From: Octopus sinensis
Taxonomy: Eukaryota
Assembly: GCF_006345805.1 (NCBI RefSeq)
Contig: NC_043013.1
Coordinates: 34,720,001-34,784,000, forward strand
DNA: 64,000 nt
Direction: 5' to 3'
In this document: positions 1 through 11,604 of the stretch, piece after piece
How positions within the stretch are numbered: the first letter of the stretch is position 1
Layout: the number at the start of each line of letters is the position of its first letter
Position numbers and translations under genes: made by a program
Notes under the pieces: generated by a model
Databases searched by the model: none
Told to the model about the DNA's origin: nothing
The model's input: only the letters and a program-made list of their open reading frames with translations

Positions 1-210
1 CCTTCATTACTGACAACCATTAAAACCATGACAGTTGCAGGAAATTTTGTATGCATAACGTTTGGAACTTCGTAAGGGTCTGCACATAGCCATCTATCAT
101 TTCTTCTGTTAACTTTTTGATCTTGGTTGAAGTTTTTCTCATTTAGCAAAAACCTAATAAAATCTTCTTCTGCAGGATTTTTCAGTTTGTTTAAGAGCTT
201 ATTAGATCTG
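1..210 (-). pseudogene. Tc1/mariner-superfamily transposase remnant, maT/DD37D-like; runs off the window start
   Basis: Minus-strand frame reads RSNKLLNKLKNPAEEDFIRFLLNEKNFNQDQKVNRRNDRWLCADPYEVPNVMHTKFPATVMVLMVVSNEG. This matches the F(S)DEKxF...NxxNDR...KFPAxVMV...S.EG pattern around the first catalytic Asp, here mutated to N. Upstream is cut by a (TATC)n microsatellite. Confidence 0.7.
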
Positions 211-232
211 ATGTAGTGATTTTCTTGTGTGT

Positions 233-429
233 ATCTATCTCTTTTTATATCCATCCATCCATTGATCCAGCTATCCATCTATCTATCTATCTGTCTGTCT
301 GTCTCTCTGTCTGTCTGTCCATCTAGCTATCCATCTATCTACCAATCTATCTATCCATCTATCCATCAATCTATCCATCTATACATCTACCTGTCTATCT
401 ATCTGTCTATCCGGCTGTCTGTCTATCTA

Positions 430-462
<33 letters not shown>

Positions 463-539
463 GTATCTATCTATCTATATATCTATCTATCTATCTATCT
501 ATCTATGTATCTATCTGTCTGTCTGTCTATGTGTGTATA

Positions 540-574
<35 letters not shown>

Positions 575-675
575 GCAAATGCATATATACCTACGTATCA
601 CATTTCTGTTTTATTTTAATTAAATTTTGTCTTTATGCAGCTATATGTATGTATAGTTGCATAGAATATATATAT

Positions 676-717
<42 letters not shown>

Positions 718-830
718 TGTATGTGTATATATGTGTGTGTGTGTGTGTACTTGAGTGTGTACATATGTGTATATATTTATGTGTGTGTGTGTGTATATGT
801 ATGTGTGTGTGTGTGTGTGTGCTTGAGTGT
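233..830. repeat. Compound microsatellite (TATC/TGTC)n, then (TA)n and (TG)n
   Basis: Directly visible; accounts for ORFs 229..687, 616..915, 641..838 and 657..908. Confidence 0.95.
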
Positions 831-1705
831 GTGTACATGTATATATGTATGCACGTACAGAAACAGATTCAAGGTTGCCGTCACATGATCTACCAAGCCA
901 TGCCCTAATAAACACAGCTGTTTATCAGGGCATGGCTGTTACCAAGTTTATCAACTGTGAAGTCCAAGTCAAAGTGTGTGGTGACATATGTAACAAGGTT
1001 CAATACGCCAGTATTTTAGTGTTTCTGTGTTGCTTTCACTGTTATGGTTGTGCTTATTGGTGTTTAGACACAATGGTATTGTTAATTGTTTTTATGTGGT
1101 GTAGTGAAATTTTTTTGTTGGAGATAGGGTTGTTGCTGGTTGTTGGTTGTAGCAGCAGTAATTCTGATGACATAGTAGTAACGAGGTCAGCATAGTTGAA
1201 ACTAATTAAATATTGTTAATTACTGCCAGTCATAAAATAGTGGTGAGAAAAATATTAAAATATGGCAAGCACTTTTCTGAAATATTGTATTTGGTTGCTT
1301 TTATTTTCCTCATCTAGATACATATACTTGCGTACATCTATGTGTGTGTGTACATGTAATTATATATATATATATATATTATATATATATATATATATAA
1401 TATATATATATATATGTATATATATATATGCACACATAAATATACACATATATATGCATATATACATGTACATATATATATAATAGAAATATTAAAATAA
1501 CTAAGTCTCTCTAAAAGAGAACAGCGGCAGCGTTCCCGGAAAATAATAGTTATCGCCATACTAATATGGCATTCTTATAAAAATAAGAAAAAAGCTGTCC
1601 GCTTATTAGCTCCATGAGGCCATCGCCTTAAGTTAGCTATTTGATACACAAACTGTATCCATATAACCTTCGAACAAGGGAGGTCAGTCGCTCCACACTA
1701 CTTGA

Positions 1706-1761
1706 CCGGCAGCTACAGACGCGTTTCGGGGTATTGCCCCTTTTCAATGCAGCGTAGCCAG
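1706..1761 (-). ncRNA. Minimal type I hammerhead ribozyme motif (U3-A8 core variant)
   Basis: Minus strand: CUGGCUAC-GCUGCA-UUGAAAA-GGGG-CAAUA-CCCC-GAAAC-GC-GUC|UGUAGC-U-GCCGG. Stem I is 6 bp plus a 5-bp extension, stem II is 4 bp, and stem III is the palindrome ACGCGU. Confidence 0.75.
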
Positions 1762-1973
1762 CCAGTAGGTGTCGCTTCCGACAATCTCTGTTCGATGGTT
1801 TTATTTACCTAGTATGGCGATAACTATTATTTTCCGGGAATGCTGCCGCTGTTCTCTTTTAGAGAGACTTAGTTATTTTAATATTTCTATTATTGAAAAC
1901 AAGTGGATGTATTCCACTGAAACTAGGTAAATAAAACCATCGAACAGAGATTGTCGGAAGCGACACCTACTGG

Positions 1974-2029
1974 CTGGCTACGCTGCATTGAAAAGGGGCA
2001 ATACCCCGAAACGTGTCTGTAGCTGCCGG
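1974..2029 (+). ncRNA. Minimal type I hammerhead ribozyme motif (U3-A8 core variant), second copy
   Basis: Core TTGAAAA 1988-1994, stem II 1995-2007, GAAA 2008-2011, GTC 2015-2017. It differs from the minus copy by C>T in the stem III palindrome (ACGTGT). Confidence 0.7.
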
Positions 2030-2240
2030 TCAAGTAGTGTGGAGCGACTGACCTCCCTTGTTCGAAGGTTATATGGATACAGTTTGTGTATCAAATAGCT
2101 AACTTAAGGCGATGGCCTCATGGAGCTAATAAGCGGACAGCTTTTTTCTTATTTTTATAAGAATGCCATATTAGTATGGCGATAACTATTATTTTCATAT
2201 ATATATATGTATACATGTATGCTATATACATATATATATA

Positions 2241-2305
<65 letters not shown>

Positions 2306-3024
2306 ATATATATTATATATATATATATATATGTATATTCTCCTCTACAGCAAAACACTTGTTCCTCTCTCCCTCTGTTATAACTCTGTTACCTCTCAAC
2401 ACCTTCCACGTTCCTTGATGCTCCACTCCACCCAACTAAATGGTCTTTCCTTTTGAGCCCTTTTGCTACAAAAACAGTACACTTGGTAAAGTGGTTAAGG
2501 TTTGCAATGGCAACTAGGAACTATGCAAAAAAAACTAATATTGAAGCTTGACACAGTCGTTTTGACCTGTCAGATCTTATCAAACCATTCAATCTATACT
2601 AGCATGAAGTATAGACACTAAGTGTTGATGAAGAGTGTATGGATATTACTGAGTGAAATGCCTCGTATATGTGCATGTTTATAGACGGGTAGAAAGAATG
2701 AGAGAGATTGAATGTGATGACATTTATTACGAAGCACCAACTTTGTCTTGATTGAGGAGATTTATGATAAAGTGCATTCTATCAATGACGAATTCAACCT
2801 GATGTATAACAGGAACAGCATTGTTTGTCATACGGACTACATTATGTAAAGAAACTTTTTAGGAAAACACCAGCATCTGATTTGAGGAAAATTTAACTGG
2901 TATTGCTAACTGCTTGAGCTACTAAATAGGGTTTGTTACAATGGCAAGCAAAGGTGATGTTAAACTGGTCAATGAATTTGGCTCATCTTCTAGCAGACAA
3001 ACTGAAAAATATATTTGATTTAGT

Positions 3025-3306
3025 CTTTACTCCTTTACTCTTTTACTCGTTTCAGTCATTTGACTGTGGCCATGCTGGAGCACCACCTTTAGTTGAGCAA
3101 ATCAACTAGTACTTATTCTATCGGTCTCTTTTGCTGAACCGCTAAGTTACGGGGGACGTAAACACACCAGCATCGGTTGTCAAGCGATGTTGCGGGGACA
3201 AACACAGACACACAAACATATATACACACATACATATATATATATACATATATACGACGGACTTCTTTCAGTTTCCATCTACCAAATCCACTCACAAGGC
3301 TTTGGT
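3025..3306 (-). mobile_element. SINE family A (tRNA-derived, internal microsatellite), 5'-truncated
   Basis: Shares the CAGTCATTTGACTGTGGCCATGCTGGAGCACC tail and the CCAAATCCACTCACAAGGC body with more than 15 other copies in the window. Confidence 0.85.
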
Positions 3307-4688
3307 CTGAAGAATTGCACAAGAAACATTAAGTAATAACACGACAGGATGAGAAAAGGAAGTAAAGTTTTCCTCGTACTCTACTCACTTAAAATTAAGG
3401 CAAGAATACATTAGCTAATGTGATCCTAGGTACACAGTGTCTGTGGCTAAAATGGGACAGAATGAGAACAGAATAAGTTTGATCATAAGCCTCTTTGATC
3501 AGGACAGACATTCTGCTGTATGGTAACATAGTTAAAAATGTTTATTCAAGGATTAGCATAAGACAACAGTCCTTTAAAAGTATCCTAGATGATTCATCTA
3601 ACTTAAATAGAAGTATGGTACTTATTTCACCAACCCTTGAGAAACTGAAAGTAAAGTCTTACTTGGTGTAATTTCAAATTCAAAAGCAGATGAGCAACAG
3701 TTAATTTCTATGAATATTTTATTTACGCTCCTTAATAATTTTTTTTTTTTTGTCATTCATAGCTTCAAGATTGTATATTCATAAAGCAAAAGGAAATAAG
3801 ATATTTTTGTGACTTTCACTGGCAATTATTTTGTTCAGTGAAATGGTTATAGACCTGAAAGTGAAACTAGGACTTTGAAAAGTCAAGATTTCTTCCACAT
3901 GGTTGATCAATTTGTAAGAAAGAACTGCTAAAACTTGTTCTTATTATATCCTATAACTTTTGAAAAAAATCCAACTTTGATAAAGTAGTCCTAGAGTTAC
4001 AATTCAATACCTGAAAGAAAAATGGAATGGTCATGGCTAGAAGATCTTTGATCATAGTTCTGCTGGATCAAGACCTGAGAATAACATAAACTACAAGAGA
4101 GTGAAAATAGAGTCACTCAACAATGAACAAATAGTACATGATTTCCAACAAATCTCAAACCTTGTGTCAGAAAAAGAAAATAAATAAAAGACAGAAAATG
4201 AGATAATTCTAGATACATAATATCTGAGAAAGCAAACAGGATGTGTATGGCTCGACTGAAATTGATCTTCAGTTAACTTGGTCAAGTCTGACCTGCACTT
4301 AAACAACAAAAGTACAGAAATGAAAGAACTTCTACAAAGATATTTAACATGCTAGAAATAGCTGTAATATCTCCCTCGATTCATAGTCTGTTCTGAAAGA
4401 AGTTAACATGTTGAATAATATCATCATAGATACATGAGGAATGAATAAAAGATGGAATAGTCATCATTGATCATAGATTTTCTACTGGATCAGGAATGGC
4501 CTGTCTAATCAACAATTAAATCATACATCTAGTTACTGCATTATTTGCTCTGGAACACTAATATTTGATATAATATTAAAAAGCTGACAATAGTGACTTC
4601 AATCACCCAACAGAACAAGGGTTCTGATTCATAAACAAGATCAAATAAAATTATGTAACATTCAGGCCATGACGAAGAGTAATTAATA

Positions 4689-4903
4689 TCAGTTTCAAAT
4701 TTTGGCACCAGGCCAGTAATTTCAGGAGAGGGGGTAAGCCGATTACATCAACCCCAGTGCTCAACTGGTACTCATTTTATCAACCCTGAAAGGATGAACA
4801 GCAAAGTTGACCTCAGCAGAATTTGAACTCAGAAAGTAAAGACAGAAGGAATGCTGTTAGCATTTCATCCAGTATGCTAACGATTCTGCCAGCTCATCAC
4901 CTT
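4689..4903 (-). mobile_element. SINE family B
   Basis: Pol III-like head (GAGCTGGCAGAATCGTTAGC ... GAGTTCAAATTC) and core CATCCTTTCAGGGTTGATAAAATGAGTACCAG. 14-bp TSD AAGAGTAATTAATA at 4675 and 4904. Confidence 0.9.
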
Positions 4904-4930
4904 AAGAGTAATTAATACTGATACAAGAAA

Positions 4931-5152
4931 AAGGCTGTGAGATGGCAGAAATGTTAGCACGCTGGGTGAAATGTTTAGTGGTATTTCATCCGTCTTTACG
5001 TTCTGAGTTCAAATTCTGCTGAGGTCGACTTTGCTTTTCATCCTTTCAGGGTTGATAAATTAAGTACCTGTTGTGTACTGGAGTTGATCTAATCGACTGC
5101 CCCCCCCCTCACTCCCCACAAATTTTGGGCCTTGTGCCTAGAATAAAAAAGA
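4931..5152 (+). mobile_element. SINE family B
   Basis: Same head and core; TSD ATA(C/T)TGATACAAG at about 4915 and 5153. Confidence 0.9.
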
Positions 5153-5424
5153 ATATTGATACAAGTAAAAATACAAAGCTGTTCACAAAGGAATAATAAT
5201 AAATCCAAAACTTGAGAAATAACAGCAGAAAGTAAGAAGATGCTGAAAATTTTGGTTCACTAGAAGCTTAAATTACTGTTGACATTATATAAGGCGCCGG
5301 TTAACCACCACTTGTACTATTACAGTCACTTCCACAATGTAAAACGGTGACTAATAAATACAAGTACACACGTTAACTCATGGATATATACCCATTCACA
5401 AAGACACACATTCGTATTTATATC

Positions 5425-5459
<35 letters not shown>

Positions 5460-6448
5460 GTATAGATATTTATGTGTACAGGAACCGCATCAATAAATAG
5501 AGAGTAACAGGATTAAGAATGAAGAAAATTAAGAACAATTCTTACCCCTTTGACTAATCCAAGCTTTAGTTTTTAATGATATGAAGCCTGCTACACAAAC
5601 TAAAAACAGATCCTCCCTTCCATACATGCATACAGATAAAAAAAATAAAGAGAAAAATCATTAACATATGTATATGTGTCTTTGTGTATGTATATGTACA
5701 CGTTTCTCCGTGAGTCTATATCCGGCTCAGTGTCTGTATATTTGATCAAGTTTACATGTGAGTGTATATAAATGTGTCAAAGTGTGCGTGTATGTGTGGC
5801 AATAATGTTTGTTTCTTTTCAGTATTGTTACAGCAATTGACATAATTTTTTTCGCCCTCTCCTGTTGGTTTTGTTTTTTTTATTTCTGTATATATATACA
5901 TATATGTATATATATTTTGTTATTGTTTTATGCTGAGAAAATAAGGTGTGTTGAATAAAGCATTCCAAAGTGTCTGAGAGCATATAGTTAATAAACAAAT
6001 ACATAAATGCTTACACACTCACACACACCCACACACACACTCACACACACACACACACACACACACAAATTGTTTTATTTACCATATGTGTGTGTGAGTT
6101 AGATGCATAATGCTTCTGTATGTGAGAGTATGTCTGAGTGTGTATAAAGAATATATTTATGTATGGTCTGTATATGTCTGTGTAAATATGAGTGTGCACA
6201 AACAAGGAAAGTAGAACTCTTCTCAGCACATAAAACCACATATCTAGTTCTTTATTTATTGGCTGTGAAGATAGATAAATGACGGGAGAGTTCTACAGTT
6301 TCGAGCAAGGGATCTGTCAAACAAAACTCTCATCTACTGCGTCACTTTTGTGTCTTCACAGCAAAAAAAAAAAAGTACTGGCATATGTATAGATACACAT
6401 TTCTATATGTGTATATACACACTCATATATATAAATATATATATATGT

Positions 6449-6480
<32 letters not shown>

Positions 6481-6499
6481 GTGTGTATATATATATGTA

Positions 6500-6547
<48 letters not shown>

Positions 6548-7039
6548 AATATTTATATATCCATTATGTATAGTCATATATATATATACACGCACATACA
6601 TATACATAGATGTGTGTGCATGAGTATGTGTGTGGTGCATGTGTGTATGTGGATGTATGCATGTAGAATGGGAAAAATTTTGATTCAGATGAATATGGTA
6701 CTTAAGTTGAGGCAACAGAATTTAGTACAGTATTGTCCATACAATTTCAAAATAAGGTGATTAAAATCAAAACAAGCAACAAGGATATCCAGAGGTAATG
6801 CAGTACGATCGTTTCATGCAACTCCATTTAATTGAACAATGCAATCATTTCATTAATCTGTATATATCTGTAATTCCCAGCATTTGCTTAATTATTGTTT
6901 TGAAGCAGTGCAGTCACTCAGACTGAATATACTGTTTGGTATTGAAACTATATTTTCTAGTAAGAAAGCTGCTGTTGAGATTCTGATTAAATTGTTGTAA
7001 TCATTATGTCACTACTCTTATATGACTACATCAAATGAA

Positions 7040-7454
7040 TAATGTCAGTGGTTTCATGGCAAAGAATTCATCAATGTATCTTTTTGCGTCATTCAAGGAA
7101 TTGAAATTTTTACCATTAAGACTATTCTGCAGAGACCTGAATAAGTGAAAATCCAAAGGAACAATATCTGGTGAATATGGAGGGTGGGGTAACACATCCC
7201 AGCCAAGCTGCAGCAATTTTTGTCTGGTTCCCAAAGCATCAAGTGCCGAAAATGAACTTTCTTATCTTCCATTTTAAAGGGTTACAGAATTAACACAGGT
7301 TATAGGAACATAAACCTTCTTCCCCGAAAAGATAGCTTAAACTGTGCTCTAAATGGAGGTGTAGTCAAATCCTATTTTATGGACTCAGCCATATTCTAAA
7401 ATATGTCGAAAGGTAAGCTACTATAAATTGGCACAAACTTTCCGGACAACCGAA
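7040..7454 (-). mobile_element. Internally deleted mariner transposon
   Basis: TA plus a TIR-like end TTCGGTTGTCCGGAAAGTT at 7456-7436 and a 5' UTR. N-terminal MEDKKVHFRHLMLW is fused to C-terminal TRQKLLQLGWDVLPHPPYSPDIVPLDFHLFRSLQNSLNGKNF (YSPDL-type motif and third catalytic Asp). The 3' TIR was not found. Confidence 0.9.
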
Positions 7455-8944
7455 TACATTCATGAATGTCTTTGTGTTTGTTCCCCCACCAAAACCCAGT
7501 ACTGGTTTGTTTACATCACCCATAATTTATCAGTTATTATGATAGAATAAGTAATGATATTTACCCATGATGTCATACAGTGTTTTTGAACCTGGGACCT
7601 CATGGTCAGAAAACAAACTTCTTAACTAATCAACCACACTGCACCTACATGTGGAACAGATGGGATTTAGCATGGGTAATCTGGATACTTATTGATCAGA
7701 CCTAGTATGCATGTATGTGTGTGTGTGTGTGCTTGAATGCATAGAAGAATACCAAATATTCAAAATTTAAACTTGATAAAAAAGAAATAAACCAAACTAA
7801 TTTTATTTTTGCTTTCAAATGTAAAAGACAGATACAACCGAGCCATAACAAATACGACCAAACATGACCAAGGACTCCTTCAGCATTGGTTTAAACTGAT
7901 ATTGACCTTCAACGAAGACAGATATCCAAATGCACTGTTTGCTTGCATGTCTGTGCATTTGGATACGTATAATCTTTTAAATAGTTAATATGAATAAAGA
8001 GGTCAAAATGACAGGTGAATTGAGGTTAATGTAAGGGAATGAAATTGCATGCACGGCAAAACTATAAATGCGAACATATATGAATGAATATGCACAACAC
8101 GCATATATTCAATACTTCAATATATATACATATATATATATATACATATATATATACATATATATATATATGTATATATATATATGTATATGTGTATATA
8201 TATGTATATTTACAATACACACATGCACAGAATGTATATAGATTTATATGAATATTATAATACATATATATATATATATATATATGCATTCACGCACACA
8301 CATACTTGTGTAATGTATGCCTCTGTCTAATGTCTTTCTCTTCCTCGTTTTATGTAGTTTAACTACTTCAACCAAGGTGTGGTACTGTTTGTTGTTTTAT
8401 ATGATTTATCTTTGTTATGTTCGTGGTTTTTTTTTGTTTTTTTTATTACCTGCTGACGTAACTGGTCTGACTGGTCTACAGTATACAAAGACTAGACACA
8501 TAGGTGAGCAACATAAGTGAGAGAGAGAGAGGGGGAGGGGGATAGAGAGAGAGAGAAAGAGATAGAGTGTGGCATAGAGAGGTAAAGTGGATGAGAGGGA
8601 GGCTGACTTACTGATATGGTTTAAAGAGGGGGGAGGGGTAGAGAAGGAGGAAGTGGAGGAGGAATGGTAGAGTATTGTTGGTAGAAAATATATATTAATT
8701 CTGAGAGAGGATGAGGACAAAACAAGGAGAGCCTGTGAGCTGTGGAAGAGAGGGTGTTATCCAAATTGATAACTGCGTAAAGAGACAACTCTCTTCCTGC
8801 CCACATTAGGTGAGACAGAAAGAAGTTTAGTGAAAGAAACCAACTGATAAAGAATGAAATTTGGGGAGATTAAGTGAGTGATGTATGAGGAAAAGAAAAT
8901 ATTACAAGTGTCATGAGAGAGAGAGAGTTATAGTAGAAGACTTT

Positions 8945-9205
8945 TGCCCAAGGAATCCGTGTCGGTGACATGTTAAAGAACCAACCGATCATGGCCGTTT
9001 GCCAGCCTTCTTTGGCCCCTGTGCCGGTGCCACGTAAAAAGCACCCACTACACTCACGGAGTGGTTGGCGTTAGGAAAGGCATCCAGCTGTAGAAACACT
9101 GCCAAATCAGACTAGAGCCTGGTGCAGCCTCCATGGCTTACCAGACCCCGGTCGAACCGTCCAACCCATGCTAGCATGGAAAATGGACGTTAAATGATGA
9201 TGAGG
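8945..9205 (+). mobile_element. SINE/retroposon family D with (GAT)n tail
   Basis: Motifs GGAGTGGTTGGCGTTAGGAAGGGCATCCAGCTGTAGAAAC and AACCCATGCTAGCATGGAAA-GGACGTTAAA-GATGATGA, shared with copies near 18.5, 22.6, 36.7, 38.3, 49.7, 52.2 and 57.6 kb. Confidence 0.85.
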
Positions 9206-9260
9206 ATCATCATGATCATGCTGTAGGATTGAAGCCAAAACCATGGGATTGAGAAGAAAG

Positions 9261-9497
9261 TTTCTTATTTCTTTATTGTCCACAAGGGGCTAAACATAGA
9301 AGGGACAAACAAAGATAGTCAAAAGGAGTAAGTCGATTAGCTCGACTCCAGTGTGTAACTGTACTTAATTTATCGACCCTGAAAGGATGAAAGGCAAAGT
9401 CAACCTCAGCAGAACTTGAACTCAGAATGTAAAGACAGATGAGATACCACTAAGTAATTCGCCCGGTGTGCTAACGTTTCTGCCAGCTTGCTGCCTT
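9261..9497 (-). mobile_element. SINE family B
   Basis: Full head, core and GCCCCTTGTGGACAATAAAGAAATAAGAAA tail; short TSD TGAGAAG. Confidence 0.9.
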
Positions 9498-9732
9498 GAG
9501 AAGCAGTAAAGGAAAGGATGTAAGCCCACACGGTTTCATGTGAGTGTGCTCGTGTGTGCGCGCGCGTGTGTGTGTGTGTATCTCCATGGCTTTACATTTT
9601 CGCTGCTTGGGTAGTGATGACATAACTTGGTTCCTCATAAACAAAACATCTTACTCAGTGGTTCAATGTTTGAAGACATAGAACAACGTGCCTCGTTGAA
9701 AAGAAAGGTTGACATCAGGAAGAGCATCCTGC

Positions 9733-9920
9733 TGTAGAGTACTACCTCAGGAAGTCTTGTCTAACTCATGTCAGCATGAATAAAAGTGGACGTAGAACCT
9801 ATGAGGATGATGATGAAGATGATGATGTAGAGTACTACCTCAGGAAGTCTTGTCTAACTCATGTCAGCATGAATAAAAGTGGACGTAGAACCTATGAGGA
9901 TGATGATGAAGATGATGATG
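9733..9920 (+). repeat. Perfect 93-bp tandem duplication of a family D-like 3' tail
   Basis: GTAGAGTACTACC...GATGATGAT occurs at 9734-9826 and 9827-9919 with no visible mismatch; explains ORF 9776..10063. Confidence 0.9.
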
Positions 9921-10139
9921 TCAAGAAACAACTGGACATCCACATAAATTTCAACATGCTCATTGCCTATTATTCTCTTTATTTCTACTTCTTTCTCCAC
10001 CTTCCAAACCAAGCCAGCCATTATTTACAATCACAGTCTTCAAATACTCCAAGTGTCAAGTGATCTTAATTATTTTTCTTTCTATACTGCAATTAGAAGG
10101 GATTGGCATAATTTATATTCATCATATCTGCCTTTGAAC

Positions 10140-10330
10140 AGTTAATAACCAGACCATCACTGCTTCCCTCTTTTATTCAACTATCCAATATTAGTTGCAT
10201 TTCTTCTGTTGTTCTTGTAATCATCACTAGGGCAGCGACTTCATCTAGATCAGAATCAGCTAGCATCTTTATTATTCTTCTATTATATTCCAGAAATTCT
10301 TCCCTTCGAAAATTTCTCCATAAATTAATT
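10140..10330 (-). pseudogene. Decayed LINE (RTE-like) reverse-transcriptase fragment
   Basis: Frame reads NRRIIKMLADSDLDEVAALVMITRTTEEMQLILDS*IKEGSSDGLVIN, resembling the I..LRYADD...EELQ.LLD......GL.IN segment. Confidence 0.45.
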
Positions 10331-11604
10331 AATCACCGACACAAAATGTAAAGAAAACAGAGTGTTTCCCTCAATAGCACTAGCAATGGGCTTCAAAAGG
10401 TTCATTGGCAGTTCCGGTCATCTTGACCTGATACAAAGTGGCCCCTTATGCATGTTTGAAATTGTCAACATATTTTTCATGGGTCTGGTATATATATGTT
10501 CTTATTATTATCTTAGGTAGTACAAAGCATGTTTGATTGTCAAGTGTCTTTTGGATGTAAACAAACACACACACACACTCATACACACACTCACACATAC
10601 ACACATACACACACACACACACAGAAATTGGGACTCGTCTTACTTGTTTCTTTTGCTGAACTCTTTTGGTCACAGGGACACAAACAAACCACTACAGTTG
10701 TCAAGTGGTGGAGGATGATGGAGCAAACATAAAGACATATGAACACACACACACACACACACACACATAGTGTCTGTGTCAGGTATTTGTGACCAAAATT
10801 TTTGCTTTCCTTAATTTGAAGATCTAAATGTCACAGAGGTCAAAGACTATGCACCAAATTTTAATTTTCTCATTACTTTTTCAATTGTATCAACAGCATC
10901 ATTATGGCCAATGACACAGGAAACAAAAGGGCAACACATGCTCATTGCTGTAGCTAAAAATTCAGAGACTTAGAAATCCCCACTTTCTTTAAAGATAACT
11001 GAGTGCTTTGTGTCCGAGGTTAGCAATGTGCTGAAGACTTCTATAGGGACATGTTGTCTGTGGCCAAGAGACAAAACATTCTCGCAGAGTTTTAAATCTC
11101 ATCAAGGATTGCCAAGTTTGTCCAGAAGGTTCAGGGTATCGGCAGTAAAAATGCCAACAGGTTGACGAGTGCCATCACTGAGCAACTCAGTTAGACACTT
11201 TCTGTTATCAGATGTGTGATGCTTGAGAACATCAGGTGTAGTTCCTATAAGATGAGGAAAGAGCAGGTGATGTCTAATGATGATTTTATCAACTTGATTT
11301 AAATGTAGTAGATTTCCGCAGAAATATAGCAACAAAATGGTTGAGGTGACCATTGTTATTAATAAATTAATCCTTCAATCAACAATAGACACAAGAGCTG
11401 TATTATTTGCAAAGGCTAATAAAACTCTTCTCGTCAATGGTTGCCACCGTCACCCTCATCTGTACATAACAGTTTTGGTCAGAACTTGCTCAGTAAATAT
11501 TTTCTTCAATCAAATGATTTTTAAAGCCAAAATCTTAAAGCTCTAAGAGAAAACCATTGCTTCATTTCCCTTTTGTACTTACCTTCTACCCAACATGCAT
11601 TTGT

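Larger units (their letters stand above)
1481..2196. mobile_element. Non-autonomous Penelope-like/retrozyme-like element with inverted arms and two hammerhead motifs, in (TA)n
   Basis: 1481-1562 is the reverse complement of 1811-1892, and 1540-1813 is the reverse complement of 1922-2196, with only isolated mismatches. AGTATGGCGATAACTATTATTTTC recurs at 1811 and 2173 (period 362). (TA)-rich tracts flank both sides. Confidence 0.8.

Noticed and set aside
7280-7412. Apparent plus-strand exon with a strong AAG/GTAAGC donor
   Set aside because: Stops occur in all three frames, and it lies in the antisense 5' UTR of the mariner element.
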